NCBI GenBank assembly: GCA_945859975.1
Contig: CAMAPH010000038.1
Coordinates: 1-27,454, forward strand
DNA: 27,454 nt
DNA from: Chthonomonas calidirosea
GTDB taxonomy: Bacteria; Armatimonadota; Fimbriimonadia; Fimbriimonadales; Fimbriimonadaceae
Direction: 5' to 3'
Shown: positions 18,082 through 26,151 of the stretch, piece by piece
Layout: every line of letters begins with the position of its first letter
Position numbering within the stretch: the first letter of the stretch is position 1
The notes under the pieces: generated by a model
Databases searched by the model: none
The model's input: only the letters and a program-made list of their open reading frames with translations
Told to the model about the DNA's origin: nothing
Position numbers and translations under genes: made by a program

Positions 18082-18692
18082 TACTGGGCCAACAGGGGAG
18101 CGATTCGATCCCTGAGCGCTCGTCGGGCTCGGAGCACGCGCAACTTTGCGCCTCCGATCGTACACCCTATAATTTTGGCGATTTCTGGATATTCTCGCTC
18201 TTCTAAATCTCTCAAAACGATCATGGTTCGGTGGTGGGCCGGAAGGGCGTTGAGCGCGGACCGCAGTGCGGCTTTCCGGCGCTCGTCCTCTAGGTTCTGA
18301 ACCGGATCGTTCGTCATTCCGATCGTCATCCAATCCAAGGCACCTGCGGCTTCCTTTTGCTCAAGGTTAGATCGGCGCTGGCTCATTCGAGCCTGGTCGG
18401 TGCAAAGGTTAGTAACAATGCGCAGAAGCCACGTGGTGAACTTCGCTTCATCTCGGTAGCGGTGAAGATTCTGATAGGCCCGAACAAAGGCTTCCTGCAC
18501 CATGTCCTCGGCGTCGTCCCGTCGGCCGACCATTTGGTACGCGAATCGGTACACCAAGATTCGGTGGCGATCGAACAGGTGTTCGAACGCTTCGTACTCT
18601 CCGCTCCGCGCTCGCTGAACTAGCCGCTCGTCGGACTCAAGCTCAAGCCGACCGGTGGCGGTTGCTCCCATTGTGCTCACAATTCCTTCCAT
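18081..18692 (-). CDS. ECF-family RNA polymerase sigma factor
   Basis: DERLVQRARSGEYEAFEHL, DAEDMVQEAFVRAY, FTTWLLRIVTN, LPAHHRTMIVLRD..YPEIA..SRLxRAR-like LRVLRAR. Start is 18692 or 18671. Confidence 0.95.
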   Translation of the reverse strand: MEGIVSTMGATATGRLELESDERLVQRARSGEYEAFEHLFDRHRILVYRFAYQMVGRRDDAEDMVQEAFVRAYQNLHRYRDEAKFTTWLLRIVTNLCTDQARMSQRRSNLEQKEAAGALDWMTIGMTNDPVQNLEDERRKAALRSALNALPAHHRTMIVLRDLEEREYPEIAKIIGCTIGGAKLRVLRARRALRDRIAPLLAQ

Positions 18693-18728
18693 GAATTCCG
18701 CTGGCTCCTTTTCTGAACCAATCGTACT

Positions 18729-18754
18729 GACGAATGCTTTACGTTGGAGTTTCA
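18729..18754 (-). promoter_or_regulatory. ECF-type promoter TGAAAC-N16-CGTC upstream of the sigma gene
   Basis: Minus strand TGAAAC tccaacgtaaagcatt CGTC, matching the B. subtilis SigW/SigX/SigM-type architecture; the TGA is also the dtd stop codon. Confidence 0.7.
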
Positions 18755-19207
18755 TACGGTAGGCATATCGAGCACCAAAGTGACCGGACCGTCATTTAGG
18801 AGTGACACCTGCATGTCCGCGCCAAAGACTCCGGTTCCGACGGGGATGCCAGTTTCTTTGAGGGCAGCGACGAATTGCTCGAACAGGGTGCTTGCCTTTT
18901 CGAATCCGGCGGAATCCGGGAAGCTTGGGCGACGGCTCTTTTCCGCGTTTCCATAGACAGTGAAATTCGAAACGGCCAGAATTCCGCGCTCGCCCTCCGG
19001 AAGGTCGAGGAGCGAGAGATTCATCTTGCCTTCCCCATCATTAAAGATGCGCAGGTTCGAAACTTTGTCGGCCACCTTCTTTAGCCCGCCAGATTCATCA
19101 TCGCGATGAATGCCGACCAAAAGCAACAATCCTGGACCGCATGAGCCGACGACTTCGCCATCGACCGAAACGGACGCCGACGATACTCGCTGAATGATCA
19201 CGCGCAT
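18752..19207 (-). CDS. dtd: D-aminoacyl-tRNA deacylase
   Basis: MRVIIQRVSSASV, LRIFND..GKMN, VSNFT (SQFT-like), GVFGADMQVSLLNDGPVT; standard rel-dtd coupling. Confidence 0.96.
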   Translation of the reverse strand: MRVIIQRVSSASVSVDGEVVGSCGPGLLLLVGIHRDDESGGLKKVADKVSNLRIFNDGEGKMNLSLLDLPEGERGILAVSNFTVYGNAEKSRRPSFPDSAGFEKASTLFEQFVAALKETGIPVGTGVFGADMQVSLLNDGPVTLVLDMPTV

Positions 19208-21432
19208 TATTTGCCCACCCGGCTAAACATTCGCAAGATGCTGAGGATATCGCTGAGATTTGCGATGCGCGTCATCACGTGGTTCAAGTGATCGGTGTCG
19301 GTAACGTCAATCGCAACATTAATTTCGTAAGTCTGGTTTGGCAGTGGATGCGCCTTAAGACCTGAAACGTTGGTCTTCGTTTCGCCGAAGATCGTGGAAA
19401 CATCCATCAGCAAGCCGAGACGGTTGACGGCAAGAATCCGAAGCGGAACCGGATACAGATTTCCATCTTTTGGCCATGAGTAAGGCATCAGGCGCTCGGG
19501 TTCGCTGGTCACGTACGCCATGGCGTTTGGGCAAACCTTGCGGTGGACCATGATCCCTCGTCCTCGCGTAACGTAACCGACGACTTCATCTCCCGGAATT
19601 GGGCTGCAACACTTCGAACGGCTGACCAATATGCCATCGACACCGTCGCCGTGAAGGGCAAGCTTGCCTTCCTTGGTTTTTGTGACTTCGATACGGTCAA
19701 CTTTCGTCCGCTCGTTCGGGTTGCCACGAAGTTTTTCGACAACGTTCTGGACCGAGACGAGTCCGGATCCGAGCTTTGCGAGTACGTCTTGGGCGGAATC
19801 GCAACTATCGAGCTGATCCGCAACTGCACGCAATTTGTCTTCCCCGAGATACTGTTTTGGCTCGAGCCCAAAGGACTTCAGTTCCTTTTCGAGCAGCTCT
19901 CGACCGCGGCTTGCATCCTCGTTTCGAGTCTGCTTCCGGAAGTGCGTGCGGAGCTTGCTTCGAGCATGGGCGCTCTTAACGAACTCCAGCCAGTCCATGC
20001 TCGGTGAGGCGTTGGATCGGTTGATGATCTCGACAACGTCTCCGTTCTTTAGGCGCGTGCTGAGCGGAATCATCTGGCCATTGATCCGCGCGCCAATGAG
20101 GGTCATGCCTAGTTCGGTGTGAACTCGGAACGCGAAATCCACCGGTGTCGAATCTGCCGGGAGGTCGATGACGTCACCCTTCGGCGTAAACACGAAGGTT
20201 TGTTCTGAGAACAGGTCAGTCGATAGGGTTCGAAGAAAGTCGCTGCTCGTTCGCGAGTCGGAGGACCAGTCAAATAGCTGCTGCCGAAGGTTTTGCAGGC
20301 GCTTCTGCTCGTCGGCCGCGGCCTTGCCTTCTTTGTAGCTCCAGTGCGCCGCGACGCCGAACTCGGAGATCTGGTGCATTTCCTTGGTTCGAATCTGGAT
20401 TTCGAGCGGTTGCCCGTTCGGACCAATGACCTTGGTGTGCAGCGACTGGTATCCGTTCGGCTTCGGTCGTGCGATGTAGTCGTAAAAGAGCTGGGGAATT
20501 GGGACGTAGCTTTCGTTCACCGCACCTAGCGCGACGTAGCAATCTGGGATGGTTTCGACAATGATGCGCAAAGCCAGAAGGTCGTAGATCTCTTCGAAAT
20601 CTAGCCCTTGCCGCACCATCTTGTTCCAGATCGAAAAGAGGTGCTTCGGCCTGCCGCGAATGTCGACCAGGCTCACGCCTTTTTCAAGACACGTTTCGCG
20701 AAGGACAACGATAACCTTCTCAAGCTCCTGCTCGCGCTGCTTCCGCGTATTGCCAACAAGGTCGTTGACCTCTTGATACTCACGGGGGTGGAGGGCCATG
20801 AAGGCCAGGTCCTCAAGCTGCCATTTGATCTGCCATATTCCGAGTCGGGCCGCCAAAGGGGCATAGACATCAAGCGTTTCATTCGCGATTCGCGTTCGCT
20901 TTGCCGGCGCGAGCGCGTCGAGCGTCATCATGTTATGTAGCCGGTCGGCTAACTTGATGACCATGACGCGAAAGTCTTTCGACATCGCGAGGAGCATTTT
21001 TCGAAGGGTTTCTGCCGTACGGGCGGTCTTCGCGGCGGCGCGCTCTCGGGCCGTGTGCTCTGGCTTGTCGTCAAGTTTAAGCTTGGTGACGGATTCCACC
21101 AGCTCGACCACTTCCTCCCCGAACTCACGTTTGATTTCGGCGTAAGTTGCCTGCGGGCAATCCTCCAAAACATCGTGCAGCAGCGCGGCGCAGATCGTGT
21201 CGTCATCCATCCCAAGGTCGGCGAGGATGTGCGCGACGGCGATAGGATGCAGGATGTAGGGTTCGCCCGAGGAGCGCACTTGATCGCTGTGGGCATCGCG
21301 CGAATAGTCGAAGGCGCGTCGAATTCGAGGAAGATTTGCTTCGGGCCGCCGGTCGGAAATCAGGGCCAAAAGCGCATCAAACTCATCCGACACCCTGGCA
21401 GATTGGTCACTGTTGAGCGAGTCCATGGGCAT
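19207..21432 (-). CDS. rel: Bifunctional (p)ppGpp synthetase/hydrolase (long RSH)
   Basis: HSDQVRSSGEPYILHP, intact LLHDVLED, KLADRLHNM, GRPKH, DYIARPKPNGYQSLHT, EIQIRT, TGS TPVDFAF, CCSPIPGD, C-terminal ACT. Start is uncertain (TTG 21477, ATG 21432 or ATG 21426). Confidence 0.96.
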   Translation of the reverse strand: MPMDSLNSDQSARVSDEFDALLALISDRRPEANLPRIRRAFDYSRDAHSDQVRSSGEPYILHPIAVAHILADLGMDDDTICAALLHDVLEDCPQATYAEIKREFGEEVVELVESVTKLKLDDKPEHTARERAAAKTARTAETLRKMLLAMSKDFRVMVIKLADRLHNMMTLDALAPAKRTRIANETLDVYAPLAARLGIWQIKWQLEDLAFMALHPREYQEVNDLVGNTRKQREQELEKVIVVLRETCLEKGVSLVDIRGRPKHLFSIWNKMVRQGLDFEEIYDLLALRIIVETIPDCYVALGAVNESYVPIPQLFYDYIARPKPNGYQSLHTKVIGPNGQPLEIQIRTKEMHQISEFGVAAHWSYKEGKAAADEQKRLQNLRQQLFDWSSDSRTSSDFLRTLSTDLFSEQTFVFTPKGDVIDLPADSTPVDFAFRVHTELGMTLIGARINGQMIPLSTRLKNGDVVEIINRSNASPSMDWLEFVKSAHARSKLRTHFRKQTRNEDASRGRELLEKELKSFGLEPKQYLGEDKLRAVADQLDSCDSAQDVLAKLGSGLVSVQNVVEKLRGNPNERTKVDRIEVTKTKEGKLALHGDGVDGILVSRSKCCSPIPGDEVVGYVTRGRGIMVHRKVCPNAMAYVTSEPERLMPYSWPKDGNLYPVPLRILAVNRLGLLMDVSTIFGETKTNVSGLKAHPLPNQTYEINVAIDVTDTDHLNHVMTRIANLSDILSILRMFSRVGK

Positions 21433-21484
21433 CGTTGGCCGGAGGAGGCGACGCTGCCTTCCACGGTCACGGAACAATGGAGCC

Positions 21485-21493
21485 AGTATAACA
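21485..21493 (-). promoter_or_regulatory. Extended -10 element (TGtTATACT) upstream of rel
   Basis: Minus strand TG-T-TATACT in the kdsB-rel gap, 7 nt before the in-frame TTG at 21477. Confidence 0.55.
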
Positions 21494-21507
21494 AACGTTC
21501 GAGTTTC

Positions 21508-22236
21508 TTACGCACCACGTAACAAAAGAAGCTCGTTTGCCGTGACGGCCTGCTCTGGCGTATCCACCGAGATCGGCGATGCCACTCCCTGGACCATCTG
21601 AATCTGCATGCCGTTTTCGAGTAGCCGCAGCTGTTCAAGCCCTTCGGTTAGCTCTAGCGGACTTGGTCCGAGGGCGACGAAGCGTCGGAGCGTTTCTGGG
21701 CGGTACGCATAGATTCCGATGTGCTTCCAAACCGGAAGCTCCCGCTGATTCCGAGGATAGGGCAACGAGTACCGGCTGAAATAGAGTGCGGTTTCATCGG
21801 ATCGGAGCACTACCTTTACTGCCGAAGGCTCGTCGACCTCCGACTCGGAACACGCTGCATAAACGCTCGAAGCATGAGCGGTTGGCGAGGCTTGAAGCGC
21901 ATTCGCGCAGGCGCGAATTGTGGCGGAGTCAATCAACGGCTCGTCGCCCTGGAGGTTTACGTAAACATCGGCAGCAAGTGAGTCTGCCACTTCAGCCAAT
22001 CGGTCGGTACCGCTAGGATGATCTTGCCGTGTTAAGATCGCAGGCGCGCCGAAATGAGCCGCGGCATCAAGTATCTCCTGATCTGGGGTCGCAATCACCA
22101 CTTCATCCGCGCAGGAAGAATCTATTGCCGTGCGATAGACCCATTCCACCATTGGCTTCCCTGCCAGATGAACCAATGGCTTGCCGGGGAAACGAGTGCT
22201 TCCCATTCGGGCCGGAATGACGATGACCGTTTTCAC
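21508..22236 (-). CDS. kdsB: 3-deoxy-manno-octulosonate cytidylyltransferase
   Basis: IPARMGSTRFPGKPL, HPSGTDR, NLQGDEP, ALYFSR, HIGIYAY, EGLEQLRLLENG, SVDTPE. Confidence 0.95.
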   Translation of the reverse strand: MKTVIVIPARMGSTRFPGKPLVHLAGKPMVEWVYRTAIDSSCADEVVIATPDQEILDAAAHFGAPAILTRQDHPSGTDRLAEVADSLAADVYVNLQGDEPLIDSATIRACANALQASPTAHASSVYAACSESEVDEPSAVKVVLRSDETALYFSRYSLPYPRNQRELPVWKHIGIYAYRPETLRRFVALGPSPLELTEGLEQLRLLENGMQIQMVQGVASPISVDTPEQAVTANELLLLRGA

Positions 22237-22251
22237 CTGACTACTTAACCC

Positions 22252-22283
22252 AAAAATGAAAAAGGGCCGCCGAAGCGACCCTT
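22252..22283 (-). terminator. Intrinsic terminator with UUCG tetraloop
   Basis: Minus strand AAGGGTCGC-TTCG-GCGGCCCTT followed by TTTCATTTTT; the G-U pair forms only on the minus strand. Confidence 0.85.
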
Positions 22284-22294
22284 AGTTTTTTGTA

Positions 22295-22367
22295 CACCGA
22301 GAAGGAAGGGTTCATGAAGAACCCGCCTAACTATTGCGAGTCTTTAAAACCCACAACCCTCTCGGTG
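22295..22367 (-). ncRNA. Candidate structured RNA (three-way junction), family not recognised
   Basis: P1 CACCGAGAGGG/CCTTCTCGGTG, P2 TTGTGGGTTT/AGACTCGCAA, P3 GGGTTC/GAACCC; the non-Watson-Crick pairs are all G-U on the minus strand. Confidence 0.55.
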
Positions 22368-22385
22368 GCTATTATCTGAACTCAT
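22344..22385 (-). CDS. Candidate 13-aa small ORF MSSDNSHREGCGF
   Basis: TAAAGGAGGTG (22398-22408) lies 12 nt before the ATG; TATATT -10-like box at 22422-22427. Confidence 0.4.
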   Translation of the reverse strand: MSSDNSHREGCGF

Positions 22386-22453
22386 TTTGTTTAGCACCAC
22401 CTCCTTTAGTTGGGATAGTTAAATATACGCGAGGTTGTTCGAAATCGCGTCAA

Positions 22454-23110
22454 CTATTTTGGGACTTCTCGGCCAAATCTCGAATCGACCGATTTGACCT
22501 GATCGGCGAGCGCCGTCTCAGTCGCGCCGATCTCTTTCATGGTGTCGTCCAACCCCAGCGCAACCGCAACGTGGAGGGTTCCCGTGCTTGCCTGGGTGGC
22601 CGAGATCATCAGGGTTTGCCCGCCTTGTTTCCAGAACCAGTTCTGGACCGTCTTGCCTTCAACCTTCTCGGGAGTCACGCCAGAAAATGTGCTGGTGTAG
22701 AGGTTCACGAGGTCTTCAAGCTGAACTTTCGTAGCCCGGTCTAACTGGTACATCGCCACCGCGATGCGCTGCTGGTACATGATCGTGCCGAAAGATTCTC
22801 TCGCCGTCTCCCAGCCTTGACCACGATATGGCTGCTGAAATCGCTTCGGCAATTCGGCGAACTCGAACGAATTGGCTTCCGGGGCAAAGACTTTTACGGC
22901 CTGGTCGTAGGACGAACCGAGCTTGAGCGAATTTCCCTCGTGAATCAGAAAAAGTTCGCTCTCAGTAAAGCTTGGGGCGAGAACGATCTTTTCCTCGGCC
23001 GGAACCGTGGTCTCGCCGGAAGCAGTACTGGGCGCAGGGCCGGCGCAACCGACGAGCCCAAGCGCGACGATGGCCAAAATCCACTGCGTACTTCGGATGG
23101 GCTTGCTCAC
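22454..23110 (-). CDS. Hypothetical lipoprotein
   Basis: GTG start at 23110 giving MSKPIRSTQWILAIVALGLVGC with lipobox LVGC. The longer ORF start overlaps greA. Confidence 0.8.
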   Translation of the reverse strand: MSKPIRSTQWILAIVALGLVGCAGPAPSTASGETTVPAEEKIVLAPSFTESELFLIHEGNSLKLGSSYDQAVKVFAPEANSFEFAELPKRFQQPYRGQGWETARESFGTIMYQQRIAVAMYQLDRATKVQLEDLVNLYTSTFSGVTPEKVEGKTVQNWFWKQGGQTLMISATQASTGTLHVAVALGLDDTMKEIGATETALADQVKSVDSRFGREVPK

Positions 23111-23138
23111 GTTTGTTTCCCTATCAAGCAAAAACAAA

Positions 23139-23615
23139 CTACGGTGCGGCGACGCCGAGGATGCGGTACTTCTGCTTGCCCGCCGGCGCGACCACGTCGA
23201 TCTCTTCACCGGCTTCGCGACCGTTCAGCGCAAGACCCAGCGGAGAATCGATGGAGATTTGACTCTTGTTCGGATCGGCTTCGTATGCGCCAACTAAAGT
23301 GACTTCGAACTCGTCATCAAACTCTAGGTCGAGCAACTTGACGGTCGAACCTATGTATGCGCCATTGCCCGCGTCGGCCGGACGCTCGACTACCTTGGCG
23401 TACTGGACGGCTCGCTCAAGATCGGAGATTCTCTTCTCAAGTCGCGTCTGGTTGAGCTTGGCCTCGTGGTAGGCCGCGTTCTCACGAAGGTCTCCGTGAC
23501 TCTTGGCTTCGCGGATGGCTTCCGCGATGTTGTTCCGAACCGGGCCTTTCAGTTCCTCCAGCTCCGCCTTTAGAGCGTCGAATCCTTCTTTTGTGACCTG
23601 GATGTCCTTGGACAT
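23139..23615 (-). CDS. greA: Transcription elongation factor GreA
   Basis: VTKEGFDALKAELEEL, canonical tip HGDLRENAAYHEAK, ISIDSPLGLAL, APAG. Confidence 0.95.
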   Translation of the reverse strand: MSKDIQVTKEGFDALKAELEELKGPVRNNIAEAIREAKSHGDLRENAAYHEAKLNQTRLEKRISDLERAVQYAKVVERPADAGNGAYIGSTVKLLDLEFDDEFEVTLVGAYEADPNKSQISIDSPLGLALNGREAGEEIDVVAPAGKQKYRILGVAAP

Positions 23616-23643
23616 AGGACGTTTATTGTAGCATCATGTCCAG
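23616..23643. promoter_or_regulatory. Divergent 28-bp region with overlapping -10 boxes
   Basis: TGcTACAAT on the minus strand (hexamer 23625-23630) lies 9 nt before the greA ATG; TAGCAT on the plus strand (23629-23634) lies 9 nt before the GT2 ATG. Confidence 0.55.
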
Positions 23644-24564
23644 ATGCCACCCCGGACCGTTAGCGTAGCGATCGTTAGCTACAACACAAAGGACAAACTT
23701 CGGCGGTGCCTGGAAGCGATTTCGCAAGAATTCGAGGTCATCGTTGTTGATAACGCGTCGGCAGATGGATCGTCGGAGATGGTCGAAAACGACTTCCCAG
23801 ACGTTCAGCTGATCAAGAACTTGGTCAATCGAGGCTTCGGCGCGGCGAATAACCAGGCAGCCGCCGTCGCATCCGGGTCGTTGGTCCTCTACTTGAATAG
23901 CGACGCGTACGCCTTCCCCCACGCCATCGCAGACCTTGCTGAGGTTTTTGACGACGAAAAGGTTGTCGCGGCCGGAGGAATGCTTTTGAATATGGATGGC
24001 ACGCTCCAAACGAGCACGGCAAACCAGCTGACCCTTTGGGCGGTGTTCTGCGAGCAGTTCTGGCTGGAGAAACTTTTGCCGAAGGTGAAGTTGTTTTCAC
24101 CGTACTGGAACACGCACCAACTGGTTCGGACCGATGGACCGACCGAGACGCCCCAGGTGATGGGAGCATGCTTGATGACTCGCCGGTCTCACATCAAGTG
24201 GGACGAGCGGTTCTTTCTTTACTGCGAGGACACCGACCTATGCCTTCGTCTCTCGACTCAAGGGAAGATTCTCTACGTTCCGTACGCCAAGTTCACGCAT
24301 GAGCTGGGCTCAAGCAGCAAGAACCGGGCTCGAGCCGTTGGCCTGTACAACCGAGGAAAGGAGCTCTACTTCGAGATTCATCATGGCAAGTTTGCGTCGG
24401 CCGTTTGCTTCCTGCTCAATCGACTCGGAGCTCTATACCGGGTGCTTATCTGGGGACTTCTATCCTTTGGGACCGTTGGGAGAGTGCCCCGCTTCCGCGA
24501 ACAGCTGCGAATCTTTACTCAGGTGCTTCGGTTTCCGCGACTTGGGCCGAAACTTGGTCCTTGA
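23644..24564 (+). CDS. Glycosyltransferase family 2 (WbbL/rhamnosyltransferase-like)
   Basis: VSVAIVSYNT, VIVVDNASADGS, NRGFGAANN, LYLNSD, VMGACL, DERFFLYCEDTDLC. Confidence 0.92.
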   Translation: MPPRTVSVAIVSYNTKDKLRRCLEAISQEFEVIVVDNASADGSSEMVENDFPDVQLIKNLVNRGFGAANNQAAAVASGSLVLYLNSDAYAFPHAIADLAEVFDDEKVVAAGGMLLNMDGTLQTSTANQLTLWAVFCEQFWLEKLLPKVKLFSPYWNTHQLVRTDGPTETPQVMGACLMTRRSHIKWDERFFLYCEDTDLCLRLSTQGKILYVPYAKFTHELGSSSKNRARAVGLYNRGKELYFEIHHGKFASAVCFLLNRLGALYRVLIWGLLSFGTVGRVPRFREQLRIFTQVLRFPRLGPKLGP

Positions 24565-25297
24565 GATAGGCGGCCAGGACGTCGTCGGGAAGGCCACTCA
24601 TGACCATCTGCCCGTCACGTAGCCAAACGCACCGGTCGCTGAATCGCTCAACCGCTTGCAAGTTGTGCGAGACCATGAGAATCGTTCCGCCTTCCTTGCG
24701 GAACCGATCAACGCGGTCGTAGCATTTTTGCTCGAAAGCATAGTCACCCACGCTCAAGACTTCGTCCACTAAAAGGATGTCTGCATCCACGTGGATTGCC
24801 ACGGCAAATCCAAGCCGCGCGAGCATGCCGCTGGAGTAGCTTCGGACCGGCGAGTTGATGCTGTCGCCAAGCTCCGAGAATTCGATTATCTGCGGGATCC
24901 GCTCTCGAATCTGCTTTCGGGTTAGGCCAAGGACAACGCCGTTGAAAATGATGTTCTCCATCCCGGTCAGGTCGGGGTGGAAGCCAGCGCCGAGTTCCAG
25001 CAACGGGGCAATGCGGCCATTAACTTTGACTTCGCCCGAGGTTTGTCGGTAGACCCGGGCCAGGATCGCCAACAACGTGCTCTTCCCCGCTCCGTTTCGC
25101 CCGATCACGGACACGCATTCGCCGGGATAACAATCAAAGTCGAGCCCCTTCAGGACCTCAAACTCGCGGACGGAGCGCTTCTTCCACCAAAGCAGAAGGG
25201 TTTTCAATCCGCCAATCGCGGAGTTGCTCACCCGAAACTTCTTGCGCAGATTCCGAACCGAAATCGTTGGAGTGCGAGTTGCCATTGCCTCGCTCAT
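24515..25297 (-). CDS. wzt: Polysaccharide/teichoic-acid-type ABC exporter ATP-binding subunit (Wzt/TagH family)
   Basis: GRNGAGKST, LLELGAGFHPDLTG, YSSGMLARLGF, LLVDEVLSVGD, VSHN; ATGA overlap with the wzm stop; no C-terminal carbohydrate-binding extension. Confidence 0.93.
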   Translation of the reverse strand: MSEAMATRTPTISVRNLRKKFRVSNSAIGGLKTLLLWWKKRSVREFEVLKGLDFDCYPGECVSVIGRNGAGKSTLLAILARVYRQTSGEVKVNGRIAPLLELGAGFHPDLTGMENIIFNGVVLGLTRKQIRERIPQIIEFSELGDSINSPVRSYSSGMLARLGFAVAIHVDADILLVDEVLSVGDYAFEQKCYDRVDRFRKEGGTILMVSHNLQAVERFSDRCVWLRDGQMVMSGLPDDVLAAYLKDQVSAQVAETEAPE

Positions 25298-26151
25298 GGC
25301 CGCTCCACGAAGCGCCACTTCATCCGGTTGAACATGGCGTAGCCACCGATCAGCACCACCACGGAAACGGCCGCCGCGATGTACAAGTACATCGGCTTCA
25401 TCCCTATCGGCGGATGCGTGGTGTTACCGATGGTGATGCTCGCGGGCGCAAGTAGGGCTTGCCGATAGCCGGTCGAAAGCGCCGCGATTGGGTTCAGGTG
25501 ATACAGGCTGAACAACATCCCATTGGTGCGCTGATTGATGTTGGAGTACGCGACCGTCTCCGAGGTGTAAGTAATGGGCGACAGGAAGAACAGCAGGTAC
25601 ATCGCTACACCCGTCAGGTACTTCACATCTTCGTAGAAGGTGTTGAGCGCCGACACGATCAAACCGAGCCCCGTTGACAGGAAGAGTGAAATCAGCATCA
25701 ACAACGGCAGCTGGATTGTGCTGAGTTGGAACGGATTCACCTGCGGATTTCGAAGGTAGATGAACCCGAGGAACGCAAAGAAGACCAGCCAGCCCAACAG
25801 CAAGTGAATGAAGTTGGCGATGATGATCCCCAGCGGCAGTAACTCGCGCGGGAAGTAAATCTTCTTGATCAGCGGCACTTGCGACAAGACCGACTGCGCG
25901 GAGTCCAGAATCGACTGCTGGAAGAACAGATACGGTAGGTACGCCGCCATGACGTACGCGCTAAAGTTGCTGACACCGTTGTTGGCCAGGTAGCCGTACA
26001 CAAAGGTCAGAACACCGGTCGTCACGATCGGAATAATCAGTGACCAAAGGAATCCGAGCGCGCTGTTCTTATAGCGAATTCGCAGATCGCGCTCGACGAT
26101 GGTAAAGAGAAGCTCTCGGTAGCGCCAAAGTTCGCGCAACTCCTCCTTCAT
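25294..26151 (-). CDS. wzm: Polysaccharide ABC exporter permease (Wzm/TagG family)
   Basis: WRYRELL..RDLRIRYKNSALGFLW, LIKKIYFPRE, FFLSPITY, LNP; several TM helices. Confidence 0.93.
   Translation of the reverse strand: MKEELRELWRYRELLFTIVERDLRIRYKNSALGFLWSLIIPIVTTGVLTFVYGYLANNGVSNFSAYVMAAYLPYLFFQQSILDSAQSVLSQVPLIKKIYFPRELLPLGIIIANFIHLLLGWLVFFAFLGFIYLRNPQVNPFQLSTIQLPLLMLISLFLSTGLGLIVSALNTFYEDVKYLTGVAMYLLFFLSPITYTSETVAYSNINQRTNGMLFSLYHLNPIAALSTGYRQALLAPASITIGNTTHPPIGMKPMYLYIAAAVSVVVLIGGYAMFNRMKWRFVERP

Noticed and set aside
18082..18333. Arg-rich N-terminal extension of the anti-sigma ORF
   Set aside because: Alternative frame inside the sigma gene; the TAATG coupling marks the real start.
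22340..22353. Slippery-looking GGGTTTTAAAG at the end of the sORF
   Set aside because: The X-XXY-YYZ heptamers are not in the ORF's reading phase.
22252..22427. Interpretation as a type I toxin-antitoxin locus, tmRNA or hammerhead ribozyme
   Set aside because: The peptide is hydrophilic, there is no tRNA-like end or Ala-Ala tag, and no CUGANGA/GAAA core.
22334..22744. 136-aa plus-strand ORF across the candidate RNA
   Set aside because: TTG start with no initiation signal, mostly antisense to the lipoprotein gene.
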